DNA of 64,000 bases from Chitinophagales bacterium (GCA_038210625.1 JBBQWL010000041.1:1584-65583); one strand, 5' to 3'. Numbered from the stretch's first letter, positions 37,204 to 48,052 are shown. Program-made: numbers and translations. Notes: a model not told the origin generated them from the letters alone.

Positions 37204-38481
37204 TTACTCCAGGATTTTTTCCATTTGCATACTGCGTGAACCTTTTATAAGGAGGGTTGCGTTGATCAGGTGCTGTTGGTGCAACCATTCCCGTGCTTGT
37301 AAAAAGCCGGGAAAGACTAGGTACGGGTGGGGAATTGTATTGAAATCTCCTCCAACTAAAACTACCTGTTGCCAGTGATATTTTTGTATCAGTTCTATTA
37401 GTGCTTTGTGTTCCTGCTGGCTCTCTTCACCCAGTTCCATCATTCCTCCCAGCAGTAGTATTTTGTTATTGCCTTCCAGTGCTGCAAAGTTTTCTATGGC
37501 AGCTTTCATACTGCTTGGATTGGCGTTGTAGGCGTCAAGAATTATTTTGTTGCCATCTTTTTCCATCATTTGTGAGCGGCTGTTAGTAGGTATATACTCT
37601 TCCAGTGCGGCTTTTATACTTTGATCAGCTACCTTAAAATATCGGCCCATTGCGATTGCGGCTAACACATTGGGTAAATTATAAACGCCCACTAAATGAG
37701 TTTGAACAGAACTGATACCTGTTCCCCCTGTCATCACAACTTCTAAAAATTCATTGTGGTTTGCAGCTTCGCCTGTTGTTTCTGCCTGGCTGGTGCCATA
37801 CGTCTTAATCTCACGGATACCTGTGCTCATTTCTTTCAGGTAGTCGTAATCAGCCATTATAAAGGCTGTTCCATTATTTTTTCGCAGGTAATCAAATAAT
37901 TCACCTTTGCCCTTTCTGACACCCTCCACCCCTCCAAATCCTTCCAGGTGGGCTTTGCCGCAATTGGTGATAAGCCCGTGTGTAGGTAAGGTATAGGTAC
38001 AATAGTTTTCTATTTCTTTTTGATGGTTGGCACCCATTTCTACCACAGCCATTTCAGCATCTTTTTTTACTGATAAAATTGTAAGCGGTATGCCAATATG
38101 ATTGTTTAAGTTTCCCTTTGTTGTATAGGTTTTAAAGGTAGTAGCGAGTACCTCGTGTATTAATTCCTTAGTGGTTGTTTTACCATTGCTTCCTGTAATG
38201 GCAATAAATGGAATGGTAAATTGCTGCCGGTGATATTTGGCCAGTTGCTGCAGTTTTTCAAGCGCATTTTCTGTATTGATAATTCTTTCGTCAGCAAAGC
38301 CTGCCGGCTCATCCAGCACCACAAATGCAGCGCCGCTGTCCAGCGCTTGCTGTGCAAATGCATTGCCATTGAAATTGGGGCCTTTCAACGCAAAAAAAAG
38401 ATCGCCCTTTTGTAATTTTCTGGTGTCGGTTTGGATAGAAGGATGCTGTAAAAAAATAGCGTATAAATCTTGTATTTCCAT
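37204..38481 (-). CDS. murF: UDP-N-acetylmuramoyl-tripeptide--D-Ala-D-Ala ligase
   Basis: DTRK, ITGSNGKTTTKE, GNLNNHIGIP, EMGANH, DAYNANPSSM, KGSRSM. Confidence 0.95.
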   Translation of the reverse strand: MEIQDLYAIFLQHPSIQTDTRKLQKGDLFFALKGPNFNGNAFAQQALDSGAAFVVLDEPAGFADERIINTENALEKLQQLAKYHRQQFTIPFIAITGSNGKTTTKELIHEVLATTFKTYTTKGNLNNHIGIPLTILSVKKDAEMAVVEMGANHQKEIENYCTYTLPTHGLITNCGKAHLEGFGGVEGVRKGKGELFDYLRKNNGTAFIMADYDYLKEMSTGIREIKTYGTSQAETTGEAANHNEFLEVVMTGGTGISSVQTHLVGVYNLPNVLAAIAMGRYFKVADQSIKAALEEYIPTNSRSQMMEKDGNKIILDAYNANPSSMKAAIENFAALEGNNKILLLGGMMELGEESQQEHKALIELIQKYHWQQVVLVGGDFNTIPHPYLVFPGFLQAREWLHQQHLINATLLIKGSRSMQMEKILE

Positions 38482-38581
38482 TTGTCAAAAATAGGGAGAA
38501 CTGATTATTATCCTTTCTAAAAAAGTATTTTATATGGACGGTCTTATGACTCAATCAAGTAGTGTGTTGGTAAACGTACAT

Positions 38582-38614
38582 AAAAAAAGCCCTTCACTTT
38601 TTAGTGAAGGGCTT
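38582..38614 (-). terminator. Terminator downstream of gldJ
   Basis: AAGCCCTTCACT/AGTGAAGGGCTT stem with a T-run on the minus strand. Confidence 0.7.
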
Positions 38615-38634
38615 AAATAAATTATTAAAATTGA

Positions 38635-40203
38635 TTATTGTTTTTTTCTGCTGTTCTGTTTGCGTTTTCCGAAGATATTGCCTTCTTTAAATCCGGCACC
38701 TTCAGGAGAACCCATGTAAGTTTGTGCGCAACGGAAACCAATTGTGCTTGAAGACTGATCTTCTTCTAAGAATCTGCGAGCACCGGGAGATAACCAGTAA
38801 GGTCTGTCATTCCAGCTTCCGCCTTTAAATACCCGTGATTTGTCGCTAACAAGTGTTGTAACTCCATACTGGTAAAACGCACCGCTGGTTGAATCTCCAT
38901 CCAAATATCCGGCGAGACTGTTATGCTGGTAGTTACGGCGATTTTTTACTTCTTCATCGCTTACGGCAGTTTTCTTCAAATGGCCTAAAGAATCTCTTTC
39001 AAATTCACTACTGCTGTTTTTATAATACTTTTCAAATTTGTTACCCCTGAAATAGTTGAAATCTTCTCCATCAGTAGGCGTTGAAGGCCTGTAAACGTCC
39101 TGTACCCATTCTGCAACATTACCACTCATGTTATATAAACCAAATGAATTGGGATAAAATGCTTTGATATTACCAGGGATAGCAGACCGGTCATTCAAAC
39201 CACCCGCAACACCCATGTTATCACCACTTCCGCGTTTAAAGTTGGCTAAGAACTTACCCTGCCAGCTACCTCTGCGATTATCGCGAAGGCCATTTGGATT
39301 TTTGCTCCAGGAATAAATCTGCTGGTTTGATATTAACTCTTCGCCGCTTTTTCCTTCTTTTTTACGCGGGTTGGGGTTTTGATCCAATAAACCGTAAGCT
39401 GCGTATTCCCACTCAGCTTCAGTTGGTAAACGGTAACCCATATTCAGTAAACCATCTTCCATTTTTACATTAGCCCTTGGTTTACCGCTAACATCTTTTA
39501 ATTCAGATTTTTTTGGCTTGGTCCGGCCTTGTATCAATTCCGGATTCATCAAATAAGTTTCAGTATTGAATGAACCTTCAGCACCGCCGCCCCTCATCTC
39601 TTTCTTAGCAAAGTCCTTTTTTAAATACCCTTTCTGTAACAAGGTCAGTTCGTTTACCCTGTCTGATCTCCAAATACAGAAATCATGCGCCTGCTGCCAG
39701 GAAACACCCACAACAGGGTAATAATTGTATGCGGGATACCTGAAATAATATTCAACATAAGGCTCATTATAAGCCAGCTCTTCACGCCAGCAAAGCGTAT
39801 CCGGCAAAGCTTTCGCCATTACTGCTGTGTCACCTGAAAAAGTATTTTCAAGCCAATAGATATATTCACGATAATGCACATTGGCTACCTCGGTTTCATC
39901 AATAAAAAATGATGGTACTGTGATACGACGGGGAATGTTATTCCAGTCGCCCATTACATCTTCATCTTTGGCACCCATAACAAAAGTACCACCCTGAACA
40001 AAAACCAATCCGGGACCAGCTTTCGGATACTTCATTTTAGCTACATGGTAATTTCCCATGTTCTTGTCATCGTAGTTCCATCCTGTTACAGATGATTTAG
40101 ATTTCTTCTTTCCACCGGAAGAACTACCACTTTTACAGGCTCCCAGCGAGAAGACTACCGCCGCCAGGATAATTAAATTTTTTACTGAAAATGTTTTTTG
40201 CAT
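38635..40203 (-). CDS. gldJ: Gliding motility lipoprotein GldJ (SUMF1/FGE-sulfatase fold)
   Basis: Lipobox LGAC, SSVTGWNYDD, GLVFVQGGTFVMG..EDVMGDWNN, YRLPTEAEWEYAA, NMSGNVAEWV; upstream of murF. Confidence 0.85.
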   Translation of the reverse strand: MQKTFSVKNLIILAAVVFSLGACKSGSSSGGKKKSKSSVTGWNYDDKNMGNYHVAKMKYPKAGPGLVFVQGGTFVMGAKDEDVMGDWNNIPRRITVPSFFIDETEVANVHYREYIYWLENTFSGDTAVMAKALPDTLCWREELAYNEPYVEYYFRYPAYNYYPVVGVSWQQAHDFCIWRSDRVNELTLLQKGYLKKDFAKKEMRGGGAEGSFNTETYLMNPELIQGRTKPKKSELKDVSGKPRANVKMEDGLLNMGYRLPTEAEWEYAAYGLLDQNPNPRKKEGKSGEELISNQQIYSWSKNPNGLRDNRRGSWQGKFLANFKRGSGDNMGVAGGLNDRSAIPGNIKAFYPNSFGLYNMSGNVAEWVQDVYRPSTPTDGEDFNYFRGNKFEKYYKNSSSEFERDSLGHLKKTAVSDEEVKNRRNYQHNSLAGYLDGDSTSGAFYQYGVTTLVSDKSRVFKGGSWNDRPYWLSPGARRFLEEDQSSSTIGFRCAQTYMGSPEGAGFKEGNIFGKRKQNSRKKQ

Positions 40204-40754
40204 GTGCGTTCGTTTTGCAAATTATTTAACGAAAGGTTTTCTTTAATATTGTTTTGGGGAATTCAATGCGAATATAAATATTTTACCCCATATACAATTT
40301 ACCGGATATGCCGGTTTCAGGATTTTATCAAAATGTTAGCATCCCTTTTCCATTTACTGGAACGAAAATTATTATCATTATTGTATATGTCGGTTGTGTT
40401 AATTTTTTTAATGAGAAATAATAAGCAAAATCCCAGCCATATATTACTAATGCGTATTCTTTTTTAAAGTTGAAAAACAGCTATAGATAATATTCTGTGT
40501 TATATAGATAGTGCTTTTTTAAAACAATAAACAACCCTGAAAGCCGTTCTTTAAAAATTAACTGTTGAAGTGAAATAAAAAATTGTAAAAAATAATTATT
40601 ACCCGAATGGTTATGCGGTTGATTGGCAAAAATCTTCTAATTTCACAAAATAGTTAATATAATTGTGCACACTATTTCTTAATTTATAATTTTACACCCC
40701 CAAAACTCTGCGCTTATTGAGTGTATGTCTACTTAAACAAGACAAAAATTACGA

Positions 40755-41918
40755 ATGAAAAAAGCAACTATTAAATTAACTGCCTTGGTTTTATTACTGG
40801 GAAGTGCCACCAGCATAGTAAACGCCCAGCAAACTGATCCTATAAATGTAGTAACTTCTGCTGTACCTTTTTTACGCATTTCTCCTGATGCCCGCGCTGG
40901 CGGAATGGGAGATCTTGGTGTAGCAACTTCTCCTGATGCAAATGCGGCTTTCTGGAACCTGGCTAAAACGCCTTTTAACACCAATAAAGGAGGAATGTCT
41001 TTAACCTATACACCCTGGCTTAAAGGGCTTGATATAAATGATGTTTATTTAGCCTCCTTGTCAGGCTTCTATAAATTGGATGAGCTTTCTGCTATTTCCG
41101 GTTCATTAAGGTATTTTAGTTTGGGTAATATTCAATTTACCGATAACAATGGTTCTGAATTAGGTCAATATCGCCCCCGTGAATTTGCGCTTGATTTGGG
41201 TTATTCCCGTAAGTTATCGGATAAATTAGGAGTAGGTATTGCAATGCGGTACATTAACTCCAGCCTGGCAAGCGGCGATCCAAACAACAGTGGTACTATT
41301 TACAAGCCCGGTACAGCCATTGCTGCCGACATCAGTATATTTCATACAGGTTTAAAGGAGGATGGTTCAGGATTAAACTACGGCGTAACGTTGAGTAACC
41401 TGGGTTCGAAAATCAGTTATACCAATGATGCCACACAAAAAGATTATATACCTGCCAATTTGGGATTAGGGGTTGCCTATACCAAGGTATTTGACCAGGA
41501 TACTAAAATGACTTTTGGGCTTGATCTTCATAAGCTATTAGTACCTACCCCACCAGCATTAGGAGATAGTAGCGGTCTTCAAAAATATCGCAACCAGGGG
41601 GTTGTAGGAAGCTGGTTTAATTCATTTGGAGATGCACCCGGAGGTTTCTCTGAAGAGCTGAAAGAAGTGCAGGCATCTTTAGGAGCCGAGTTCTGGTATC
41701 AAAACCAATTTGCGCTGCGTGCAGGTTATTTTTATGAAAATCCGGCGAAGGGAAACAGGAAATACTTTACGTTGGGCGCTGGTTTAAAATATGAGATGTT
41801 TGGTTTAAATTTTTCTTACCTACTACCTTCCGGAAATGGTGTTAACCGCAATCCTTTATCAAACACGTTGCGTTTTAGCCTGGTATTTGATTTTGCAGAT
41901 ACACAGGAAAAAAAATAA
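40755..41918 (+). CDS. porV: Type IX secretion outer-membrane protein PorV
   Basis: TSAVPFLRISPDARAGGMGD, TSPDANAAFWNLAK, YTPWL, LRYFSLG, KGNRKYFTLGAG, NPLSNTLRFSL; followed by ispF. Confidence 0.93.
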   Translation: MKKATIKLTALVLLLGSATSIVNAQQTDPINVVTSAVPFLRISPDARAGGMGDLGVATSPDANAAFWNLAKTPFNTNKGGMSLTYTPWLKGLDINDVYLASLSGFYKLDELSAISGSLRYFSLGNIQFTDNNGSELGQYRPREFALDLGYSRKLSDKLGVGIAMRYINSSLASGDPNNSGTIYKPGTAIAADISIFHTGLKEDGSGLNYGVTLSNLGSKISYTNDATQKDYIPANLGLGVAYTKVFDQDTKMTFGLDLHKLLVPTPPALGDSSGLQKYRNQGVVGSWFNSFGDAPGGFSEELKEVQASLGAEFWYQNQFALRAGYFYENPAKGNRKYFTLGAGLKYEMFGLNFSYLLPSGNGVNRNPLSNTLRFSLVFDFADTQEKK

Positions 41919-41935
41919 ATTAATCACTTTTTTAT

Positions 41936-41968
41936 AAAAGCGTTCTGCAAAAAAGCAGAACGCTTTTT
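41936..41968 (+). terminator. Terminator after porV
   Basis: AAAAGCGTTCTGC/GCAGAACGCTTTT stem. Confidence 0.7.
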
Positions 41969-42021
41969 GTTTTGGCATAATCGTACATTTGCGCACTTCG
42001 TAAACGGATAAATAAACGCAT

Positions 42022-42498
42022 ATGAATTTTAGGATCGGCTTTGGTATTGACTTTCATCAACTGGTAACGGACAGGGAATTTTGGCTTGGGGGTGTTAAAA
42101 TACCGCATACAAAAGGGGCTTTGGGGCATAGTGATGCGGATGTATTATTGCATGCGATTTGTGATGCGATGCTGGGCGCTGCCTGCCTTGGAGACATTGG
42201 CGTGCATTTTCCGGATACTGATCTTTCATTTAAAAATATCGATAGTAAAATTTTATTACGCAAAAGCTTTGAATTGATCCAACAGGCGGGTTATACCATT
42301 GTAAATATTGACAGTAGTCTTTGTTTGGAAGCACCAAAAATAAAAGCTTATATCCCCGAGATGCAAGAAACGATTGCTACTATCCTTGCATTGCAGGTAA
42401 CTGACGTTTCTATAAAAGCAACTACAACGGAAAAGATGGGTTTTGTTGGCAGGGAAGAAGGATTGATAGCATATGCCACTATTTTATTGCAAAAATAA
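42022..42498 (+). CDS. ispF: 2-C-methyl-D-erythritol 2,4-cyclodiphosphate synthase
   Basis: RIGFGIDFH, GHSDADVLLHAICDA, GDIGVHFPDT, KATTTEKMGFVGR. Confidence 0.96.
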   Translation: MNFRIGFGIDFHQLVTDREFWLGGVKIPHTKGALGHSDADVLLHAICDAMLGAACLGDIGVHFPDTDLSFKNIDSKILLRKSFELIQQAGYTIVNIDSSLCLEAPKIKAYIPEMQETIATILALQVTDVSIKATTTEKMGFVGREEGLIAYATILLQK

Positions 42499-42565
42499 TT
42501 GGCAATTCATATTCATTTTGTCAATCTGCACATAAAAATCATATCGCATCATTACCTTTGCGCCC

Positions 42566-43009
42566 ATGCAAAATATACCTGTAAACATCATCAATCAGTC
42601 CGGCAACGAGTTGCCGGCTTATGCAACCAACGGATCGGCTGGTATGGATCTTCGGGCCAATCTTCAGCAACCAGTCACCCTGCAATCACTGGAAAGGGCA
42701 TTAATACCCACAGGTTTATTTATTGAATTGCCTGAAGGTTTTGAAGCCCAGGTAAGACCAAGAAGCGGACTTGCAATTAAGCAGGGTATTACTTGTTTAA
42801 ATACACCGGGTACTATCGATAGCGATTACAGGGGAGAGTTAAAAGTGATATTAATTAACCTGAGTACTGAGCCACAAACTATTCATCACGGCGATCGCAT
42901 AGCGCAAATGGTAGTTGCTTCAGTTACCAAAGCAGATCTTATATTGGTACAGCAATTGAACACTACAGCAAGGGGCGAAGGTGGTTTTGGCCATACTGGT
43001 AAACAATAA
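42566..43009 (+). CDS. dut: dUTP diphosphatase
   Basis: [39 protein letters not shown]. Confidence 0.96.
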   Translation: MQNIPVNIINQSGNELPAYATNGSAGMDLRANLQQPVTLQSLERALIPTGLFIELPEGFEAQVRPRSGLAIKQGITCLNTPGTIDSDYRGELKVILINLSTEPQTIHHGDRIAQMVVASVTKADLILVQQLNTTARGEGGFGHTGKQ

Positions 43010-43021
43010 AATATAAAAAGA

Positions 43022-43861
43022 ATGAAATTCACTATCAAAAATATTCGGGCGCAGTTGTTTTTTTTTACACTGATTGTAGTGATCACAGCGGGTAGCTGCA
43101 AAACAGCTAAGAAGATACAAACTGCTGTAGCAAAAAAAGATACCGTATCTGTCGTAATAACTAATACTTCGGCGGACGATTCACTAAAAGTAATAAGAGC
43201 AGCTATGAATGAAGTTAAAAGCCACAAAATGGACTTTAAGACTTTTTCTGCCAAGGTGAAAGTGGATTACCAAAATAATAAAGGCAATCAACCCAATATA
43301 ACTGCCTATATAAGAATTTTAAAAGACAGCCTGATATGGGTTTCAGGTTACGCTACCGTTTTCAATATTGAAGCCTTCAGGGTGCTGATAAATAAAGACA
43401 GCGTTTATTTGATCGACAAAATAAACAAGCAAGTTCAGTACCGGTCAATCGATTACCTGCAGGAAGTCACCGCCATTCCATTTGATTATAAAACATTGCA
43501 GGACCTACTGGTTGGTAACCCTGTTTTTTTTGGAGACAGCGTAATATCTTATAAAGAAACAGAATCAAAAATATTACTGGCGACGCTTGGTAAATTTTTT
43601 AAAAACCTGCTGACGATTGATAAAAGCAACCACTATTTAACGCATAGCAAACTGGATGATGTAAACATTAACCGGAACAGAACGGCTGATATTACATACA
43701 ACAACTTTGAAAATAACAATGGCATCACTTTTTCTACCTACAGGGAAATTACGGTGTCAGAAAAGAACAAACTTGACATTCAGTTAAATTACAAGCAGTG
43801 GGAGTTTAACAAAGATTTGTCTATTATTTTCAACATACCCAAAAATTATAAACGCAATTAG
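43022..43861 (+). CDS. DUF4292 family lipoprotein
   Basis: Lipobox AGSC; RILKDSLIWVS; conserved position between dut and envC-like genes. Confidence 0.8.
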   Translation: MKFTIKNIRAQLFFFTLIVVITAGSCKTAKKIQTAVAKKDTVSVVITNTSADDSLKVIRAAMNEVKSHKMDFKTFSAKVKVDYQNNKGNQPNITAYIRILKDSLIWVSGYATVFNIEAFRVLINKDSVYLIDKINKQVQYRSIDYLQEVTAIPFDYKTLQDLLVGNPVFFGDSVISYKETESKILLATLGKFFKNLLTIDKSNHYLTHSKLDDVNINRNRTADITYNNFENNNGITFSTYREITVSEKNKLDIQLNYKQWEFNKDLSIIFNIPKNYKRN

Positions 43862-43952
43862 GCGTTATTTACAAAGATGCAATAGTTAGCTTTGTTAACG
43901 TTCCATTTGCACCGCTGCATTGTAATTTTGTTTATCCAAGTAAACTTAGCTC

Positions 43953-45287
43953 ATGATCAGATTTGTTGTAATCCTTTTTTCCATTTTTGTTTTTAGTGCG
44001 GCTGTAACAGCACAGGCTCCGGCTTCAAAAGAGCAGCAGGATCTTGAAAAAGAGCGCCAGCAGCTAAGAAGGGAATTAGAGGAAACCCAGGAACAGCTAA
44101 ACAAAAATAAGAAGACAACTAAAGAAATTATCAGTCAGAAAGCACTCATTGAAAGAAAATTAAGTCTGCAGGAAAAAGTAATAGACAATATAAGCCAGGA
44201 TATCAATTTTCTGGACAATACCATTTATAAATCGCAACGGGACATTAATAAGATGCAATTTTTGCTGGATACATTGAAGCAGGATTATGCAAAAAGCATG
44301 GTGTATTCTTATAAAAACAGGAATAATTCAGATTTCTTAAATTTTATATTTTCAGCCTCCAGTTTTAATGATGCCGTAAAAAGGGTTACTTATTTAAAGA
44401 GTTACCGGAGTTACCGTGAAATGCAGGGGCAAAACATTTTGCGTACACAGGAGTTATTGCGCAACCGTATTAATGACTTAAGCGGTACCAAGAAAAAGAA
44501 AAGCACTGTGTTGCAGGTACAGGCAAAAGAAGCAAATGTTTTACAATCGCAACAGGAAGAAAAGGATCAGATTGTTAAGCAACTAAAGGCGCAAGGTAAA
44601 GAACTAAACAACCAGGTAGCCGCCAAGAAAAAACAGATGGCCAAAGTGAGTAGTGCCATTACAGCAGCCATTAGAAGGGCAATAGAGGAAGCAAGGAGAG
44701 AGGCGCTTGCTAAAGCGAATGAAGAAAAAAAAATACGGGACGCTGAGTTGAAATCATCTAAAGCAAGTTCAGAAACTAATAGCGGAAATGTAAAAGCGAT
44801 AGCAAAAGCACCAAGAAAGACTACGTCACCAACGGTCTTACCAACTAGTGATTTATTGCCCACTACCGAAGCAAAAGCTCTTAATGAAAATTTTATTAAG
44901 GATAAGGGGTTGTTACCATGGCCCGTTGATAAGGGCTATACGTTATTGCATTTTGGATCAAATAAAATTGATGATGGAATAATTATAGTAAACGATGGCC
45001 TTTCCATAGGATGTGATATTGGAAGTCCCGTCAAAATAATTTTCGGTGGAGAAGTAACGCTTGTGAACAATTACGACGATCTGGTTTTGGTAGTAGTCAA
45101 GCATGGACGATACTTTACGGCCTATAGCAATATTACTGGCGTAAATTTAAGCAGGGGAGAAATCGTACGTACTGGCCAGGTGATTGGAAAAGCAGCGGCT
45201 AATCTCGATGGAGTAGGGGAAGTAAAATTAAACATCACACTTGAAAAAAGCGACCTAAACCCCGAACAGTGGCTAAGACGCAGGTGA
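43953..45287 (+). CDS. envC: Murein hydrolase activator EnvC / M23 family
   Basis: Signal peptide, long coiled coil, KGLLPWPVDKG, degenerate LytM domain (no HxH), LNPEQWL. Confidence 0.8.
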   Translation: MIRFVVILFSIFVFSAAVTAQAPASKEQQDLEKERQQLRRELEETQEQLNKNKKTTKEIISQKALIERKLSLQEKVIDNISQDINFLDNTIYKSQRDINKMQFLLDTLKQDYAKSMVYSYKNRNNSDFLNFIFSASSFNDAVKRVTYLKSYRSYREMQGQNILRTQELLRNRINDLSGTKKKKSTVLQVQAKEANVLQSQQEEKDQIVKQLKAQGKELNNQVAAKKKQMAKVSSAITAAIRRAIEEARREALAKANEEKKIRDAELKSSKASSETNSGNVKAIAKAPRKTTSPTVLPTSDLLPTTEAKALNENFIKDKGLLPWPVDKGYTLLHFGSNKIDDGIIIVNDGLSIGCDIGSPVKIIFGGEVTLVNNYDDLVLVVVKHGRYFTAYSNITGVNLSRGEIVRTGQVIGKAAANLDGVGEVKLNITLEKSDLNPEQWLRRR

Positions 45288-46409
45288 TAAAACAATCAGC
45301 CTTTCATATAATTTTTCGTACTGGGGAACAATGTTATCAATGTCGAACTTTTTTGCCTGGATCAGTGCATTTGCTTTAAACCGGTCATGTGTTGTTTTAT
45401 CCTGTAAAATCAGGATCGCATTTTTACTCATATTTTCCACATCCCCAACATTGCTCATATAACCGCAATTGCCGTCAATAATAATTTCCGGCAACCCGCC
45501 TGCGTTGGTTGAAATAACAGGCACTTCCGCGGCCATCGCTTCCAGTGCAGCCAATCCAAAACTTTCGTATTCGCTGGTTAACAAAAATAAATCGGCAATG
45601 GGTAAAATATCTTCCATCTGCTCCTGCTTGCCTAAAAATTTGATTGCATCACAGGCGTTGCTGTTTCTTGCATCTGCTTCGATGGCGGGGCGCTCAGGTC
45701 CATCACCCAGTAACAGTAATTTTGAAGGTATTTTTTCATTCAGTAGCAAAAATGTTTTTACCACATCGTCTACTCTTTTTACTTTACGAAAGTTACTGGC
45801 ATGTACTATTATTTTTTCTCCGTTGGGTGCAATCAGTTTTTTAAATGCATCTACCGGTTTACGGTTAAATCGTTTTACATCCACAAAATTATGTATCACC
45901 TCAATGTCTTTTTCTATAGCAAAATTCCGGTAGGTTTCTTCTTTCAGGTTGTCCGATACCGCAGTTAGGATATCACTTTCATTCATTGAAAAAGTTACTA
46001 CGGGGCGGTAGGTTTTATCCCGGCCTACCAGTGTAATATCCGTTCCGTGAAGCGTGGTGATAACAGGAATATGGATACCTTCCTTGGCAAGTATCTGCTT
46101 GGCCATATAAGCGGCTGACGCATGCGGAATGGCATAGTGCACATGCAGCAGTTGTATATTATTATTAGTAATTACATCCACCATTGTACTGGATAACGCC
46201 GTTTCGTAGGGCGGAAAATCAAACAACGGGTAAGTGGGTACCCGCACTTCATGATAAAATATGTTGGTATGAAAATGACTTAATCTTACCGGTTGCTGGT
46301 AGGTTATAAAATGTATGTTATGCCCCTTATCGGCAAGCGCCTTTCCCAATTCTGTTGCCAGTACACCGCTACCACCAAAGGTTGGATAACAAACAATCGC
46401 AATATTCAT
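45273..46409 (-). CDS. bshA: N-acetyl-alpha-D-glucosaminyl L-malate synthase (bacillithiol biosynthesis)
   Basis: CYPTFGGSGVLATELG, HVHYAIPHA, TTLHGTDITLVG, SNFRKVKR, ESFGLAALEAMA. Confidence 0.93.
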   Translation of the reverse strand: MNIAIVCYPTFGGSGVLATELGKALADKGHNIHFITYQQPVRLSHFHTNIFYHEVRVPTYPLFDFPPYETALSSTMVDVITNNNIQLLHVHYAIPHASAAYMAKQILAKEGIHIPVITTLHGTDITLVGRDKTYRPVVTFSMNESDILTAVSDNLKEETYRNFAIEKDIEVIHNFVDVKRFNRKPVDAFKKLIAPNGEKIIVHASNFRKVKRVDDVVKTFLLLNEKIPSKLLLLGDGPERPAIEADARNSNACDAIKFLGKQEQMEDILPIADLFLLTSEYESFGLAALEAMAAEVPVISTNAGGLPEIIIDGNCGYMSNVGDVENMSKNAILILQDKTTHDRFKANALIQAKKFDIDNIVPQYEKLYERLIVLSPAS

Positions 46410-46657
46410 ATAGTATTATTTTAGCAGCGTTTTTAAATTTGGCACAATTTACAAATTTATTATCCATACCCCACCGCCGCCCACATTATTGTATTGTTGC
46501 CTTCGGCAGTATTCAACTATGCTTTCTAAATTCAAACAAGGGTTGCAACACAATTATACCTCCTGTTGTTATACAGTTTATATTTTTGGCAAATTTGCTG
46601 CGGTGGTTGCCTGTGTGTAACAGCTAAATCACTAAGTTTGTTAACTAAATCTATAAA

Positions 46658-48031
46658 ATGTTTAAAAAGCTAATTCCGGCAGCCGCCATTTTTTTATTGC
46701 CTGTTTTTTGTGCAGCACAGGCAGAAGATTCTGCTATGATAAAAAAAATAGCAGACGAAGTTTTAATCAATGGAAAGGCGTATGAAAATCTGCGGTTTCT
46801 TTGTAAAAAAGTAGGCCCAAGATTATCAGGTTCGCCGCAAGCGCAAAAAGCAGTGGAAGCAACTGCAAAGATGCTGAAAGAGGCGGGTGCGGACACAGTC
46901 TATTTGCAACCCTGCATGGTGCCGCATTGGGTAAGGGGTATAAAAGAAAAAGGAGTTATCCAGGTTGCGGGGAAAGCAGCTTATCCATTGCACCTTTGTT
47001 CCCTGGGCAATTCGCTTGGTACGGGTAAAAAGGGCATCAGTGCAGGTGTTGTTGAAGTAAGAAGTTTTAAAGAATTGGACCAGTTGGGAACAGCTGCCAT
47101 AAAAGGTAAAATTGTATTTTTTAACTTTGAAATGAACCCTACCTATATTCATACCTTTAGGGCATATGGTGAAAGCGGTGGTTCAAGAGTGGCAGGCCCT
47201 TCCAAAGCTGCCAGCTATGGAGCCATAGGAGTAATGGTTCGCTCACTTGCAAGCAATACAGACGACTTTCCGCATACCGGTGTTACAGATTACAACGATT
47301 CATTTCCCAAAATTCCTGCGGTGGCTATAAGTACCAACGATGCGGAGTGGCTTAGCAGGCAATTGAAATTAAGAATGGTGTTGACAGCATCCTTTACCAA
47401 CACCTGTGCAATGCTTCCCGATGCGATTTCTTACAATGTAGTTGGAGAAATAAGGGGAAGAGAATTTCCTAAAGAGATCATTACCGTGGGTGGTCACCTT
47501 GATAGCTGGGATTTGGCAGAAGGTGCGCAGGACGATGGTGCTGGTGTAATGCAAAGCATTGAAGTATTACGAGCCCTCAAGGCTGCTGGTGTTCAACCTA
47601 AAAGAACGCTCCGTGCTGTGATGTTTATGAATGAAGAAAATGGTGGCCGTGGCGGTGAAAAGTACCTTGAATTAGCAGAGAAAAATAAAGAGACACATTT
47701 GTTTGGTTTGGAAAGTGATGAAGGCGGATTTACACCAAGAGGATTTCGCCTGGATATGAGTGAAGCTCAGCTGAACAAGGTTTTACAATGGAAAAATTTG
47801 TTTTATCCTTATGGGGTGTATGAATTGGCAGCTGGCGGAAGTGGATCTGACGTTGGACCATTGAAAAAAATTGGCGCCTCTCTTGCAGGGTTAAATCCAG
47901 ACAGCCAGCGGTATTTTGATGTTCACCATGCGGGTACCGATGTTTTTGAAAACGTTAGTAAAAGAGAGCTGAACCTGGGGGCATTAAATATGGCGGCACT
48001 CATTTATTTAATTGATAAATATGGATTATAA
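46658..48031 (+). CDS. Secreted M28 family peptidase (carboxypeptidase Q-like, PA domain)
   Basis: GPRLSGS, GGHLDSWD, GAQDDGAG, NEENG, ESDEGG, HHAGTDVFE. Confidence 0.88.
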   Translation: MFKKLIPAAAIFLLPVFCAAQAEDSAMIKKIADEVLINGKAYENLRFLCKKVGPRLSGSPQAQKAVEATAKMLKEAGADTVYLQPCMVPHWVRGIKEKGVIQVAGKAAYPLHLCSLGNSLGTGKKGISAGVVEVRSFKELDQLGTAAIKGKIVFFNFEMNPTYIHTFRAYGESGGSRVAGPSKAASYGAIGVMVRSLASNTDDFPHTGVTDYNDSFPKIPAVAISTNDAEWLSRQLKLRMVLTASFTNTCAMLPDAISYNVVGEIRGREFPKEIITVGGHLDSWDLAEGAQDDGAGVMQSIEVLRALKAAGVQPKRTLRAVMFMNEENGGRGGEKYLELAEKNKETHLFGLESDEGGFTPRGFRLDMSEAQLNKVLQWKNLFYPYGVYELAAGGSGSDVGPLKKIGASLAGLNPDSQRYFDVHHAGTDVFENVSKRELNLGALNMAALIYLIDKYGL

Positions 48032-48052
48032 TTAACTTGCAAAAAAGAAATT

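Noticed and set aside
45273-46409. Bacillithiol gene in a Gram-negative organism as a novelty
   Set aside because: bshA is already known to be common in Bacteroidota
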